Of a stretch of 64,000 bases of DNA, positions 28,255 through 40,844 are shown piece after piece (position 1 is the first letter of the stretch; each line of letters opens with the position of its first letter). The position numbers were made by a program, and so were the translations under genes. The stretch lies in NCBI GenBank assembly GCA_963693365.1, contig CAVNZM010000001.1:5906907-5970906 (forward strand). The letters run 5' to 3'. The notes beneath the pieces were generated by a model. The model saw only the letters and a list, made by a program, of their open reading frames with translations, was not told the origin of the DNA and did not search any database. This stretch comes from Amoebidium appalachense (taxonomy: Eukaryota; Protista; Ichthyosporea).

Positions 28255-30896
28255 CGTTTACACACACACACGCGCGCGCGCACACACACACACGCATGCG
28301 CCCGCGCGCGCGCACGCACACACACACGTGTGCACAGTGTCAACCACTGACCATGAGTACTCAATGATTCTGAGCAAAGGCATTAATTAAATTTTCCCAT
28401 GATTCTTTTGATATCCCCATATCCTTTTTTAACAGGCCCATAGTGAGATAGAGGATCACTAATGTGCCGCGGGGCCCGGCATGGGCTTCCCGGCATATTA
28501 TCGTATCATCTACATTTGTACCGATAGCTACCACATGCGCACATGTGTACTACACTACTACAAAAAAAATACCACGTCTGGGAAAAAAAACTAAAAACCA
28601 CAGCCTGCTGCGCCGTGCCAGCAGGCTGAACCGCTACGCCGTCTGGCGCTGGCCAGCTGCCACCAGCCGGCCATGCATATGGCCAGATATCTAGCGGCCG
28701 CCATAAAGTGCACGTGAGTATAAGCGGTGTGAGCGCAAACTCCGCTTGGAGGACTTGTGACCCTCAGTCTGGCCACCTTGGTCCGCGGCATCCCATGCTG
28801 CCTCACTACAACTGCGTGGCACGGGATAAATCGATATCATTTCCATCCTGGGATGATAAAAGCCATCAAATGTAACGTAGATTTCGTGAGAATGCATAGG
28901 AGATTTTCAAGGTTTTTCTGCTACAACGAAACAATATTGCTAAGCATGTTCACACAAGATTAGTGTATTGAAGTGAATTCAAAGTGCCATTCATGCAGGA
29001 ATCATGGCATCCATGCACATGTTTCACGTGCCAACTGGGACAAAAACATCGCTGTTTGAAACGCCAGCATGTTTTCAAGGTGTGATTAGCCCACCGAAAA
29101 GAAGACTTAAAGCTTTAGCTCTCAAAGGAGGGATGTAAAAATTCAAATAAATAACCAAATGAAAAAAGGAACATCCCCAAGCGCAGGGTGCCAACTTCCA
29201 AGGGACCCTTCATGTCACCTCCTGTGTGGTGGCCTCACGAGTCCTACACTTTTGTCAGCTTGCATTCCAATGTATTGAAATTATCTATTGCATACCAGTC
29301 AGATCCGAGGAATTTGGGGTCTTGGCAAACTTTGACCGGCAAGGCCTCCTATATCAGGGTGTGAAATTGTTTCTTTTGACTTGTGAAATTTGTTTTTGGC
29401 TAGTGCTTTTTTGGCTACTTTCCAACAGCCTGGATGGCCCTAATAGAGCCAACAACCGTTTTTCGGTGATTTTCTTATATATTTGGCCCTGCTAGAGCCA
29501 ATTTTTGAAAAATTGGTGGACCTAACCTCAAAAAGTTAGGGACAATTTTCGGACTTTCAGAGGCAATTTTCTGGCCCTAAACCCACTAATTTCTCCTATA
29601 TACTAACATAGGCCTTGAAAACCGGTCACTTGATTGATTATAATGCCAATCACTTGCACAGTATAGTGGTTTTTCTACCGTTAGTAGCTTCAAAGTTTTG
29701 TGTTGTAATTAGTGTTTAAAAAGCTACCGATATTAGTTCATATTCTAGGATGTCTTACTCGCCTCAGCTACTGATATATACACTACCACGGAGCGTGATC
29801 TTGATTGCTGCGCGTATCAGACGGTTGCGCATGCGCGTTGTCGAAGCAAATATTCACAAACATACACGCTCGAAAGACCGGATATTGAAAAAAAGATAAT
29901 AAACAGCTATTAATGTTTTAGACAAAGCTTTTGTGCCTGAAAGCCTTTAAAATCTTCTTCATTTGCTGCAAAAAATGGACCCCGTCAGCCCATGGGCCCA
30001 GTTGATTATTGAACGCGTCACCCATGCATTGAAGGATGCCATTAGCCAATCTGCAAAGTGCCTGGTACGTTCTTGAGAAATGCTACCAATCAGATGCCTG
30101 CCTCGCACCTCAGCTTACGTAGGTAGGGCTGGGAAATCATGGGTTACAATTTTCGAATTAATGGGACAGGGCGATTTGATCTTTTGTTACTACAGTACAA
30201 TGAAAATATGAACTATAATATCTTGAGAACATTATCACAGCCCCATTTAAACTATATGTTTTGGGAGAAAGTCGCATAAACAGAACGGGAAACGGGAATT
30301 CTACCTTTATACCTTCAGCCACTGATGACGTCTAGACAGATCTTCGGCACATACTTTCCCGGGATCGGATGCCTTCCGATGCATTGCGATCATGCCACGG
30401 CATTCCAAGAAAACACTGCTTATATCCGCCCATATGCATGTTAGCAATGATACGTTGCCTCGACTCTATGGGATCTTCTGCAGTACAATATTTGTAACTT
30501 CTGCAAGAAAGAGATAGAAAGAGAGAGAGTGTGTGTGTGTATGTGGATGTTCAAGGGATAAAGACCCTCCCAGAGCTCGTCGGATTTCTATTAAGGGAAA
30601 AGAGCTTTATATTTCGAGCCCTGGCATGTGATGTCTAAAAGTCCATGCGTCGTGCGTCACTATCAGTATCTTCGTTCTTTCAATTACCGCTCTTTCAGTG
30701 TTCAACCTTCGACGGCCTCCGTTCATGTCATTCGATTCCTAGGGCTCGTTACGTCTCGTTCTCCCCTTTGAGTACTCTACTATCTATTCATAGCCACACA
30801 ATACGGACCACCGTACTACGGCCCGTGGCAACAACGAAACTCTATGTTCCAATCTCTTGAAATCTGTGTAGGATCCCTCCTCTCCTTGCTTCAACC

Positions 30897-31161
30897 ATGT
30901 TGACAGCGCGGCAGTTTTTGGCCTTAGGCCTTCTGTTCACCCAAGCACTACAACTCGCCCATGCCCTTCCTGGCCGATCACGATTACGCGCTGCACCAGC
31001 GCCTGTTGCCGTGGCCGGACGCTATCTTGTGAGAGTAGACAGGCATAGGCAGAAAGAGGTGGTGGCGCAGAGATTGAGGAAACTGGCAGACACGTACGGT
31101 GACCATAGGCAGGCAGAGGCAGAGGTGCGTGTGCGTGTGTGTGTCTGTGGGTTTGTCTGTG

Positions 31162-31256
<95 letters not shown>

Positions 31257-32521
31257 TTTGCTAGTATAGTGGACACCAGCAGATGAGATGCTCGCATCGT
31301 GAAATACTATTTGCCTGTGACCCCTTCAATACTATGCCATGAGAAATGTATGTCACGGCATAGCCTTTCATTCCTCATAAAGTTAACTATGAGCGACTGC
31401 TAAATCCTTCCCTGCGACACAATATTCGCATCACCCACAACCCTATGGAGCCAACCGGGCCACCCCACAAATGCACGCAAAGAGGTACACTGTGCCTCTA
31501 TGGGCCACACAATCACATGAACACATGCCAATAACATACACATACCCACAGGCGAACAAGCCCGTCTTCATCGAGTCAATAGGCACCGTCGTCCTTTCCA
31601 TCTCTAACAGCACTGAGCTCGAAACTCTACGGCACGACCCGACAGTTGCCTTTGTAACACAAGAAAGTCGCATATCTCTTCCACCCATCACCCCACGTCA
31701 GATTTCACGGATTGGAGATGGTGAGCAAGTGATCCCAGAGACCGTCTATTCGTGGGGGGTGGACCGTGTCAACCAAAGGGCCCTGCCGCTGGACAACTAT
31801 GGCCTCTTGGATAACTGCTCGTCCACAGGCGTGGACGTGTACATACTCGACACGGGCATAGACGTCAACCACCCCATGGTGAGTGTATATGTGTGAGAAG
31901 TAGTACCCAAATACTTAAATGCTTTCAGACAGTGCATGTTTTTCCCAGGTAACTGATTATTAGTATGCATGTGGTAGTGGGCTTGTGTGCAAGGAAATGC
32001 AGCTGTTGCTTTTCCACTAACCTTCCTCCCTTCTCCCCCCCCCCCCCCCCTCCCCCCCTTGCCTCCCCCCTCTCCCCCTCCCCCCTCTCCCCCCCTCCCC
32101 ACCCCCCCACCCACGTATACAGCTTGAAGGGCGTGCCCGTTTTTTCTACAGTGCATATAGTACGAAGAACGATGGCCACGGTCACGGCACCCACCTGGCA
32201 GGCATAGTCACCGGCAAGGATGTGGGCCTGTCACGTGCAACCGTGCACGCAGTGAAGGTGTGTTACACTGTGTGGTGGGGTTGGATTTTGGAGGGTGTGG
32301 GAGTGGGGTTTGGGCAAGACTATTGGTGGGATGATGTAGAGAAGAAATGGGCAAAAATTCGCTGTGAATTGAAAACAAGGTTTGCCCCGTCAAGACTCAC
32401 ATATGTAATTGTGTCCGTTGGAAGCCCGGTCTTAGAAGCATGATAAGACCACAAATGGGGTTCTCTGTATAATATACCAGTATTTAACTTTTTCTTTCTT
32501 TCTTTCTTTCTTTTCTTTTCC

Positions 32522-32556
<35 letters not shown>

Positions 32557-35512
32557 CTTGAATTGCCAGGTCATCGGCAATGACGGTTACGGTTTCACCG
32601 AGCACATGCTCCTCGGTCTGCAAGCAGTACTTAATGGCCGCAACAAAGCAAGACGTGCCATTGTTAGCATATCGGCCGACGTGTTCCGCATGCCGCAAGA
32701 CGTCGACGATCTTATTAACGCCCTCACAAACCAGGGTGTGTTGGTTGTAGCAGCAGGAGGAAACATCATGGCTGACTACCCTGAAAAGAATCCGTGTGAT
32801 TATCTCCCGGGGAACCCAAACGTTTTGGCGGTTGGTGCCTCTACCGATGAGGATAAAGTGGCCCCATTCACGCTGCAGGGTGGGTGTGTGGACGTGTTTG
32901 CCCCCGGTGAAAATATCGTCAGTCTGGCGGCAAACACACAGGGAACTACGTGGATGAGTGGTTCTTCTCAGTAAGTGAACACCCCCCTTCCCCCCCCCCC
33001 CCCCCCCCCTCCCCCCCCTTTCCTCCGGCCCCAAACCTTCTCCTCCCGCCATACCGAGTTTTGCATAGCAAGAGTGGATGCACAGCTTCAAAGTGCAGTA
33101 AAGCAGAAACAGAGACAAGCAATGCGAAAGATTGTGGCCTGACGTCAATAGAATAGACCTTAGCCAACACAGACTGACCGCCTTATTTAAACACAGGGCC
33201 ACCCCGTTTGTTGCCGCCACCGCAGCCCTCTACATTACTCGCAACCCTACAGCCACCCCGGCCCAGGTATGAGCATATTATTGTGTTAGTGTGTGTGTGT
33301 TTTTGTTTTCGACTCTAGGTACATATGCACCGGCGCGGAGTTGATAAGTCCTGCTACAGGGCAATTCGATGTAGCAACACAGTGGCTAATTTTGTTTTCC
33401 GTTGCAGATCACAGCAGCCGTTATTGCTCAGGCCACGCCAAACAAATTCACCAAGGCCACTGGCTGGAAAACGGGCACCCCGAATCGTCTTTTGTTCTCC
33501 TCTTTCGGTAAGCACTCACCCACCCACGCACCCCTTCCCCACATCCCCCCCTTCTTCCCCCTCCCCCCTGTCCGCTTGGCTTTCTTTTTTGTGTGTTGTA
33601 GCTCTTCTTAATTATTCCGCACATCCCACTCCAACCCAACTATTCGTGTTGATAACACACAATAGTGAGTGGAAAGAACATAAATCAATACAAAAAAAGC
33701 CCGTTTTGCCATACTGACTTGCCATGTCTACCCACAGACTTGCTCCCATGTATGACAGACCCAACTCCCCGCTCGTGCCCGCAAAACCCCAACATGTTCC
33801 GATTGGACAACCGGTGCGGGTCTGCGTTCCCATTGCCCAACGGTCAGCCATCGGAATGCGACGCTAGCAGCCGTGACAGCTACTGTTGCAGCCCCCAGGG
33901 CACATGCAGCCCAGCTACAGGCACCTGTGTAGACTTTCAGAGTATGTACACTGTCCCCATATCTATCATTCCTCAAGAATATAAAAGAAAATTCCAAAAT
34001 TTACACACACATACAAACTGAGAGAGAGAAGAGCGAGGTTAGACTTTGTATACCAGGGGTGAGAAAAAACATTGCCGGAACACACTGTATAGGCTATACT
34101 ACTTTAGCCACTGCTAACACATTCACCCACCTTACAGGAAAATATGGTTGTGGAGACCAGCGGCCGATCCCATCAACCTTGACCCCAACATTTAAACCCA
34201 CGACCACCGTCCGTCCACCCACCACCACTGTCAAGCCCCCCCAATCCACTACAGCCAGCCCTCGCACCCCCACACCCAAGGCCACAACCACCACCGCCGC
34301 CCCACGCCCATCCTCCCCTCCCACTGTGCGCACATGCCAGGGACAGAACCCAAAACTCTTCCGTAAGGACATGCGCTGTGGGCCACTGTTCAAAACTGAC
34401 GGGCAGGCATCCCAGTGCAATGGGCTCTCAGCCAACCGCTACTGTGTAAGGGGTTGGTGCAGCAGGTTTCCCGCCACCGGCGCAATTGATTACAGAAGTA
34501 TGCCTCCCTCCCCCCCCCCCCCCTCCCCCCCTCCCCCCTCCCCCCGGGAAGACCCACCCACCCTTCCCCCCCCCCCCCCCCCCCCCCCCCCGGGGCCCCT
34601 CCCGTTTTTCAAATCCCTCCTGATACCCCATGCAAGTATACTCTTTTAAGTGACTGTGTGCTGTGACCCACCCACCCTTCCCCCCCCCCCCCCCCCCCCC
34701 CCCCCGGGGCCCCTCCCGTTTTTCAAATCCCTCCTGATACCCCATGCAAGTATACTCTTTTAAGTGACTGTGCCCTCGCCCCCCCTCCCCTCTCCCCCCC
34801 CCCTCCCAACCCCAAACACACACACACGCACACACACACAAACGCACACGCACACACACTTGATGGATCTTCCCATTTTCAAGTTAAACTCAAGAGTTCT
34901 AACATCATTCCAACGCACTTACAGCCTTCTGTACCGGGTGCCCACGCCAAAAGAGTGCCCGTATTCGTGCCGATGGTCTGTGTGGGCCCAAGTTCCGTGG
35001 CCTGGATGGCATGCCAGGCGAATGCAATGCCAATAGCAAAGCACCCTGCTGCTCAAGTGATGGCCGGTGTGGGGCTTCGCCAAACCACTGCGAATGCCAG
35101 GGCTGTGTGAACTACAGACGTAAGTGTACCCCCCCCCCCCCCCCCCCCCCACCCACCCGCCCACCCGCCCACCCGCCCGCCCAAACTCAAGCACACAGAT
35201 GCGCACACCTCGCTTCCCTCTCTTTGGCTTCTTTGACTACACAATCAGCGAACGGGGGCCTTTTCTCCTTCCGTTCCTTACCCGTTCCCTTTCTTGGCTC
35301 CGCACACATTCATTATGGCGCACTTTCCTGATTCATTATGGCGCACTTCCTGAACCATCGACTTCACCTGGGTAACTCTTGTGCACATGCGCTTTTGCGA
35401 CCGTCCCGACTCCATATTCAATACCCGAACATTTTGCGCTGAAACTAATTGCTCTTCTCTCCCCTCAACAGCAATGACCATTGCTCCCTATTGCACCGCC
35501 GTACGTCACTGA
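30897..35512 (+). CDS. Secreted S8A (proteinase K-like) subtilisin with prodomain, three hevein/CBM18-like Cys-rich repeats and a Thr/Pro linker
   Basis: Exons 30897-31124, 31552-31878, 32123-32257, 32570-32970, 33197-33266, 33408-33507, 33738/59-33941, 34138-34497, 34925-35119, 35472-35512. Signal peptide MLTARQFLALGLLFTQALQLAHA; SWGVDRVNQRALPLD; Asp motif VDVYILDTGI; His motif DGHGHGTHLAGIV; Ser motif SGSSQATPFVAA; GTPNRLLF; repeats R-x-D-x-x-CG...C......CCS..G.C....C.DY/FR. The last exon is tentative. Confidence 0.9.
34550..34772. repeat. Intronic tandem duplication of about 110 bp
   Basis: gacccacccaccctt(c)n ggggccctcccgtttttcaaatccctcctgataccccatgcaagtatactcttttaagtgactgtg occurs twice. 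Confidence 0.9.
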
Positions 35513-35854
35513 GCCCCTACATCTTCAACATACATGAATTAACAAAGGCAAGGAATTTTTCTGAAACTGTTTTTCGTTCTGGATGGAGCTGGCAAATGTA
35601 AGTGGGCATTGCAACACACAGACCTTTTGCCCCTTTCTCTACCTGAGTATGATAAATGTTTTTTCTCCATGCGCAGTTATGCTAATAATTTCCGTTCTCT
35701 ATGCTGCACCCTGGCGAAAGACGTTGTATGATAGCTGTGTTCTACACACAGGCCTTTTTTCGTTATATTTTGCAGCTCTAAGCGCAAATATGCAGGCAAC
35801 TGGCCGTGCAAATCATGCACTGTAACTCTTATGACTGCAAGTACAATAAGATGG

Positions 35855-35920
35855 TATGTAGTATGTATTGACTAAACGGATGTAGTGTATGTAGTATGTA
35901 TTGACTAAACGGATGTAGTG
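35855..35920. repeat. 33-bp tandem repeat, two copies
   Basis: gtatgtagtatgtattgactaaacggatgtagt twice. Confidence 0.85.
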
Positions 35921-37283
35921 AAGTCAACAAACCATGTATGTGTTAAGAATGTATTGTCCATATTTTTTGTACAGTATGTAAAAGTACTCGGTTTGCAGCA
36001 GGCCTGCAGACAGTTGTTTGTTGGTAGAGGCAAGAACCAACAATTTTGCTTTGTAATTGATGTACATAGCAGGTAAGGTCGTTTTTCTCTCTGATTTGAA
36101 ATAAATCTTCAGTTCTCTCTGATGCTTTTAGGTACTTCTGAGGATTCCAGACACGAGGCACAGGTTCAAATTAGCTGTATGTGCAGTATTAAGAGATCCC
36201 CCCCCCCCCCCCCCCCCCCCCTCCTCACCCACACACACACACGCACGCACACAAACACACACACGCACACACACACACACACACACCACCATTACCACCA
36301 CCATGTTTATTTTATTATCATGAAAACTATAAAACCTGCATACACATGACATAGGTCAGGAAATAGTGAGATAGTGGTCCGGGAGGAGAGGAGGTTCCTG
36401 GAGGGAAGGCGTGGGAGGGAGGGGGCTGGGGGGAAGTGGGGAAGGGGAGGGAGGGAGGGGGGGGGGGGGTCTTTCACGCAGCCACCTCCCCGTTTTTCTT
36501 GTGGTGCTGACTGCTATTAGTGTAGCAGCCTTCCAGCATCCGACTCAGCCATGATGCACATTCATTTGGAGGGCCTCACCGTGCACAAAGCCCCTCGCTT
36601 CAGGAGCTAGCCTAGCCCCCCCCCTCCCCCCCCCCCCCCCCACCTCCCCCTCCGGATCCCCCCTCCGCGCCCCCCCCCCCCCCCCCCTCCCCCTCACAAA
36701 TTTAAACCCATCAAAATTCGAAATCAGCAATCGCCTCCGCAAAGATTTCTACACGCAGTAGACCAAATTTTTTCCCGTATCTTGTAGCCTACAGCCTCGG
36801 CTACACTGTCACTTGATGATGCGCGGATGCCTGCATGCGCAAGGGCAGCACATGTACACGTGCAACATGTACATGTGGCATGCATGGAAATGCAAAGTCA
36901 CGAGCATTAGGTATTTAGCGAGTAATGATGGAGGGGTTGGGCCTCGGTGGCCTCTGACCCGGAAATGACCCAGACCTGAGAATAAGACCCATTCACAAAT
37001 TCAGAGTTGATTGTGGGACGTTATGTCTGAATTGATTGGACAATTCCATTTATTAAATAGTATTCTTCGGCCGTCTGATTGGGCCACAGTGGTTATGTGG
37101 CCAATCAGCGGCCTGGTAGAGGAGGCTTATGGGTATATAAGCCGACCTTAGATCGGTCGTCTATTAGCATATTCCCCGTCGCCTCCTCTCTCATCGGAGG
37201 CAACGTTGGTGAGCCTCGTTCACGCTTTGTTTAGGGTAGGTCACCCTTTTAGAACTTCACCATAAACGTTATTTTCGAGCAAT

Positions 37284-37981
37284 ATTCCGCCGAAGCGCGC
37301 ACCCCCGTCACTGGGGATTCGGACACCCGCGAGTCACGCCCGCAGCGCCTTCGGCAGACCTGGGGGATGCCGGACTGCCTGTTGCTCAAGTTCCCTAGAC
37401 ATGCCTTTGCCGAGCGGCACCCAACTCTGGCACCCACCTTACCATGGGTGACGGAGTACCCTATGCCCAACGGTCCCCGACGCATCCCTGCCGACCTACT
37501 GCCCTGAATCCATTCCGAGGCCAACAAGCACGTGCTCGAGGAGAACGGGGTTACCATCGGGGCACTCTGCAGCCTCATCGATGCAATGCACAACGACTGC
37601 GCGTTCCAGCGTCGGCAGTTCCCCGGCGGAAACGGCGCTTCAGTGCCTGAACCCGCGGAGCAGTTCTACCAACGACGCATTGCAGAGCTCAAGGGTGCAA
37701 TCGCCGATGTCGCTGTGTTCCTCTCCGACCATGTGCACTACCAGTATCTCCGCGCCACAGAGGGTGCTGCCCTTGCCGAGCTGGCCCGCGCCCACATGGA
37801 GCGGGAGTATTACCCTGTTCTTACTGAACGCTGGGGCCGCGCAATGGGCGACGCAAGGAAGAAAGAGGCAGAGGTCAACCTCGCTAAGCGCACCGCCCGT
37901 GCGGGCAACCAAAATGACAACAAGACCGTGGTGAAGTCCAACACCGGCGCCAGCAGTGGGTCTGGTGTCGGCCGCAACTAA
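37284..37981 (+). pseudogene. Decayed gag-like ORF of the outer YR element
   Basis: Begins ATT-CCG-CCG-AAG-CGC (probable former MPPKR, like MPPKK of the inner Ngaro gag). A frameshift and an in-frame TGA at about 37506 precede the 149-aa helical ORF 37532-37981. Confidence 0.5.
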
Positions 37982-38339
37982 GTTTGCGGTTTCCGGCCCC
38001 TGTCGCGTAGGCAGCGGGCCTTACAAGGGGGCGTCAAGGTTGGGTGTCCACCCCAATGTGTGCTAGTTGGGTATTCAACTTGTACCCGGGGCCGGCGTCT
38101 ACCGGCCCCGCCCCGGTGCCAGCTCCCGCCGAGCCGGCCCCCCCTGCAAGTGGTGGCGACGTGCTTGCCCCCGCGCCTCAACCACCACCCGCTCCCGCGG
38201 GCGTTCCCATCGGCGACCCTCCCTGGGAAGGGGGCCCAGCCCCCTCCCCTTGGGACCACAGCCTGAGCATCAAAGGCCCCCTTCCCCCGTGCAGCCGCCC
38301 CAGCAAGCTCCCCAGCCACCAGACCCCCCTGCCACAGTA

Positions 38340-38644
38340 GGGGTGTTTAGCAAGTGGCGGGCGGCGGTAATTTCGTCACTGCCTGGCAACCTGCGCCCCA
38401 CTGGCCAGCAGCTGGTGGAGCAGCTCCTCAGTGCAAACACGTGGCGCGCATATCAAGCCGACGTAACCCAGTACCTCACCTTTTGTGCTCCCCGCCCTGG
38501 CTACCGGCATCACCTGGCACTGCCTCCGTCACGGCATGGTCGGCGCTGCTCGTGCAATCGGCATCCCCTTTGCAGTCATCAAGCACCTGGGGGTGTGGGA
38601 CCTCACCGGCCAAACCCCTGAGGACAACTACGGGTTGGGCCACT
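38340..38644 (+). pseudogene. Internally deleted tyrosine recombinase of the outer element (continues at 51234-51301 after the copia insertion)
   Basis: N-terminal LLSANTWRAYQADVTQYLTFC is joined out of frame to the catalytic end GITWHCLRHG..IKHLGVW..DNY (HxxR, W, Y). The frame resumes across the TSD as GHCPTPDDHEYFSDLRELDPVRLS*. Confidence 0.75.
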
Positions 38645-39812
38645 TGTTATTTTGTGTGCCACTGGGTAAACGGAGAAGCAGAGAGCACAGATGGGTGTTA
38701 TGATATACACAACACAGAGACACACGGGAAAAACACAACCGGAGAGGAGGAACGATTTCTGGAACCATAGGAAATGAATACGACTGCTTATGATTTATTT
38801 CAAGATGAAGTCCCTTTTATACTTGGGAATGTGAAACGATAAACCAATCAAAAGAACGAAAACTATGAGTGTAAAATATATCGATTAAAATGTCTGTCGA
38901 CACATAGAATATAAAACTCAATCCTCTAATGAAAGAAACTTCTAATAAAAGCACGGAAACATTTAACAAAATGAAACCACTTATGTAACTATTAATTCAT
39001 AACATACATTTATACATGTTCTTATCATAACACGTCTAAATATAATTATTCCTAATAGTTGAAGAACATAGCACAATGCTACGTCGTGAGAAAGGAATGA
39101 GAAAGAAATGTAAGTTACTATATTTGGGAAAATACAAACTCTATGAAAACTACTCCGGGACGTGTGTTGCCTCTAGGGGGACATCCCCTTGGACGAAAGT
39201 GAACCTGCAATGGTTGTAAACCACGGCAGGCCCCCAGTCATCAATTTATTGATCCGTGAGGTCCTTGTGCCCAAAAAACTGGGGAAGTCTTCGCCCCGTG
39301 AAAAAACAGCACGTATGTGGGGATCAATGGGGGTTGAGTGTAGGGTGTAGGTGGGTGGGTGAAAAGAAAATATAGCTGTAAAGCTGTAGGTGCTAAACAC
39401 AGAAGATGTGTTGTTGCCTGCTGATCTGCTAAAAACTGTCGTGCTTATATACCTAAGGCTACCGAACTGAGCCAATCAAAACCGATCTAGTGTTATGTGA
39501 AATCTTATCCTGAGCCAATCAGACTCGGTCTAGTGATCTGTGGAATCTGATGTTTTGATCGGCTAATAGGTGCCCGTATGCGGGCAGCCGAACGCGAACT
39601 GCTAAAACATGAAACGAAGCCTGTTGATATCGGACACCCATCCTACGTGTTTACCCAGAAAAATATTTATGTCAATAATTTCCACAAATAAAACCTCTAT
39701 GAAAACTACTCCGGGACGTGTGTTGCCTCTAGGGGGACATCCCCTTGGACGAAAGTGAACCTGCAATGGATGTAAACCACGGCACGAGAGCAGTATGCTT
39801 GCTCCAAAGGTT

Positions 39813-40844
39813 TCACTTAAGAATAGAGGCGAATACACGTGTGGTAGTGGCAGCAATGGAGGCCGGACGAAGTCGTGTATAGATCAGGAAACAGTCGGAG
39901 GACCACCTGCCGAGTTGTTTGATCCGGGAGTCGTCGACCCCGGCCTCAGCCAGTGCTGTGGCCCCCCCGATGCGGAGGCTGTGTCCGGCAAACCGGGAGG
40001 GTGAGAGGCCTGCCCGGGAGAGGAGGGCACGGAAGTCGGCAGAGAAAGCACTCTTGGTGTAGGGGATGCCACCGAGACTGAAGAGGGGGTCGTCGGGTTG
40101 ACCGGACGTTGTATCCAGGAACTGCCGGAGGAGATGGGCTGGGGAGAAGTGGGTGAGGGGCAGGGCAGCTAGAGTGACGTTGACACCTCGGGCCTGTACA
40201 TCCGTCTTAGAGGTTGGCAGGTGGAGGGTGGCATGGGACAAAGTACCGGTGGGGGTGTAGGTGAAGGTCACGTCTTTCCGTTTAACGTGACGGGACGGGT
40301 TGAAAGAAGTCAGGGTCTTGGAGGTAAATTCCCCTGAACGGAGGAGACCACAGAAACCGACAATGAGGGCCGTCCATAGCCGGAGATTGGCCGAGGAGGC
40401 CTTTGTGGGGCACTGGCCATGAAGTAGGCTGAGGTGGGAGGGCAGGAGGGGTTCCCTGGTTGATGAGCGGGGTCGGATGTTGTGAGAAAGCTGCCATCTG
40501 CCCACCCCCCGTAGGAACCAGGCCAGAGACTTGTCGTGGGGGTAGGGAGCAGGGAGGCCCATGTCGAGGTGGAGCCTGGTGATGGCCGAATTGTAGCCGG
40601 TTAAGGAAGAGGCCTGTACCCCTCGTTGGGCACACCAGGCGAGAAAAAGTTGCACGGTGTGTGGGGAGGCCGGGAGGGAGGACCCGGAGGGGGATTGCAG
40701 CCGAGATGCCACACAGAAATCGATGAACACTTTTTGCACCCGGGAGTAAAAGGCCCGAGAGTCGAGGTTGAGACTCAGGGCCTGGCATTCCTGCAGGGTA
40801 GTGGTGGCTCGAAGCAGCTCGGCCGGAGCAAAGTGGGGGGCCAA
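39813..40844 (-). CDS. Tyrosine recombinase of the Ngaro element
   Basis: GFCGLLRSGEF (R), SKTD (K), FAGHSLRIGGAT (HxxR), LGRWSSDCFLIY (W, Y). Overlaps the end of the RT/RH ORF and has no ATG start. Confidence 0.93.
   Translation of the reverse strand: MAPHFAPAELLRATTTLQECQALSLNLDSRAFYSRVQKVFIDFCVASRLQSPSGSSLPASPHTVQLFLAWCAQRGVQASSLTGYNSAITRLHLDMGLPAPYPHDKSLAWFLRGVGRWQLSHNIRPRSSTREPLLPSHLSLLHGQCPTKASSANLRLWTALIVGFCGLLRSGEFTSKTLTSFNPSRHVKRKDVTFTYTPTGTLSHATLHLPTSKTDVQARGVNVTLAALPLTHFSPAHLLRQFLDTTSGQPDDPLFSLGGIPYTKSAFSADFRALLSRAGLSPSRFAGHSLRIGGATALAEAGVDDSRIKQLGRWSSDCFLIYTRLRPASIAATTTRVFASILK

Noticed and set aside
28400-30800. Microsatellite-poor intergenic block, possibly old transposon or viral DNA
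   Set aside because: No long ORF, termini or recognisable motif found; cannot be classified without a search
39140-39260. Possible hammerhead or HDV ribozyme in the Ngaro B repeat (hairpin followed by CGAAA; TTGATGA on the other strand)
   Set aside because: The CUGANGA and GAAA cores are not on the same strand around a stem, and no HDV double pseudoknot could be built by eye
39173-39475. Duplicated ORF MAQFGSLRYIST.. (also 44122-44328)
   Set aside because: TTG-started reading through the non-coding A repeat and its TATA box; the duplication only reflects the repeat
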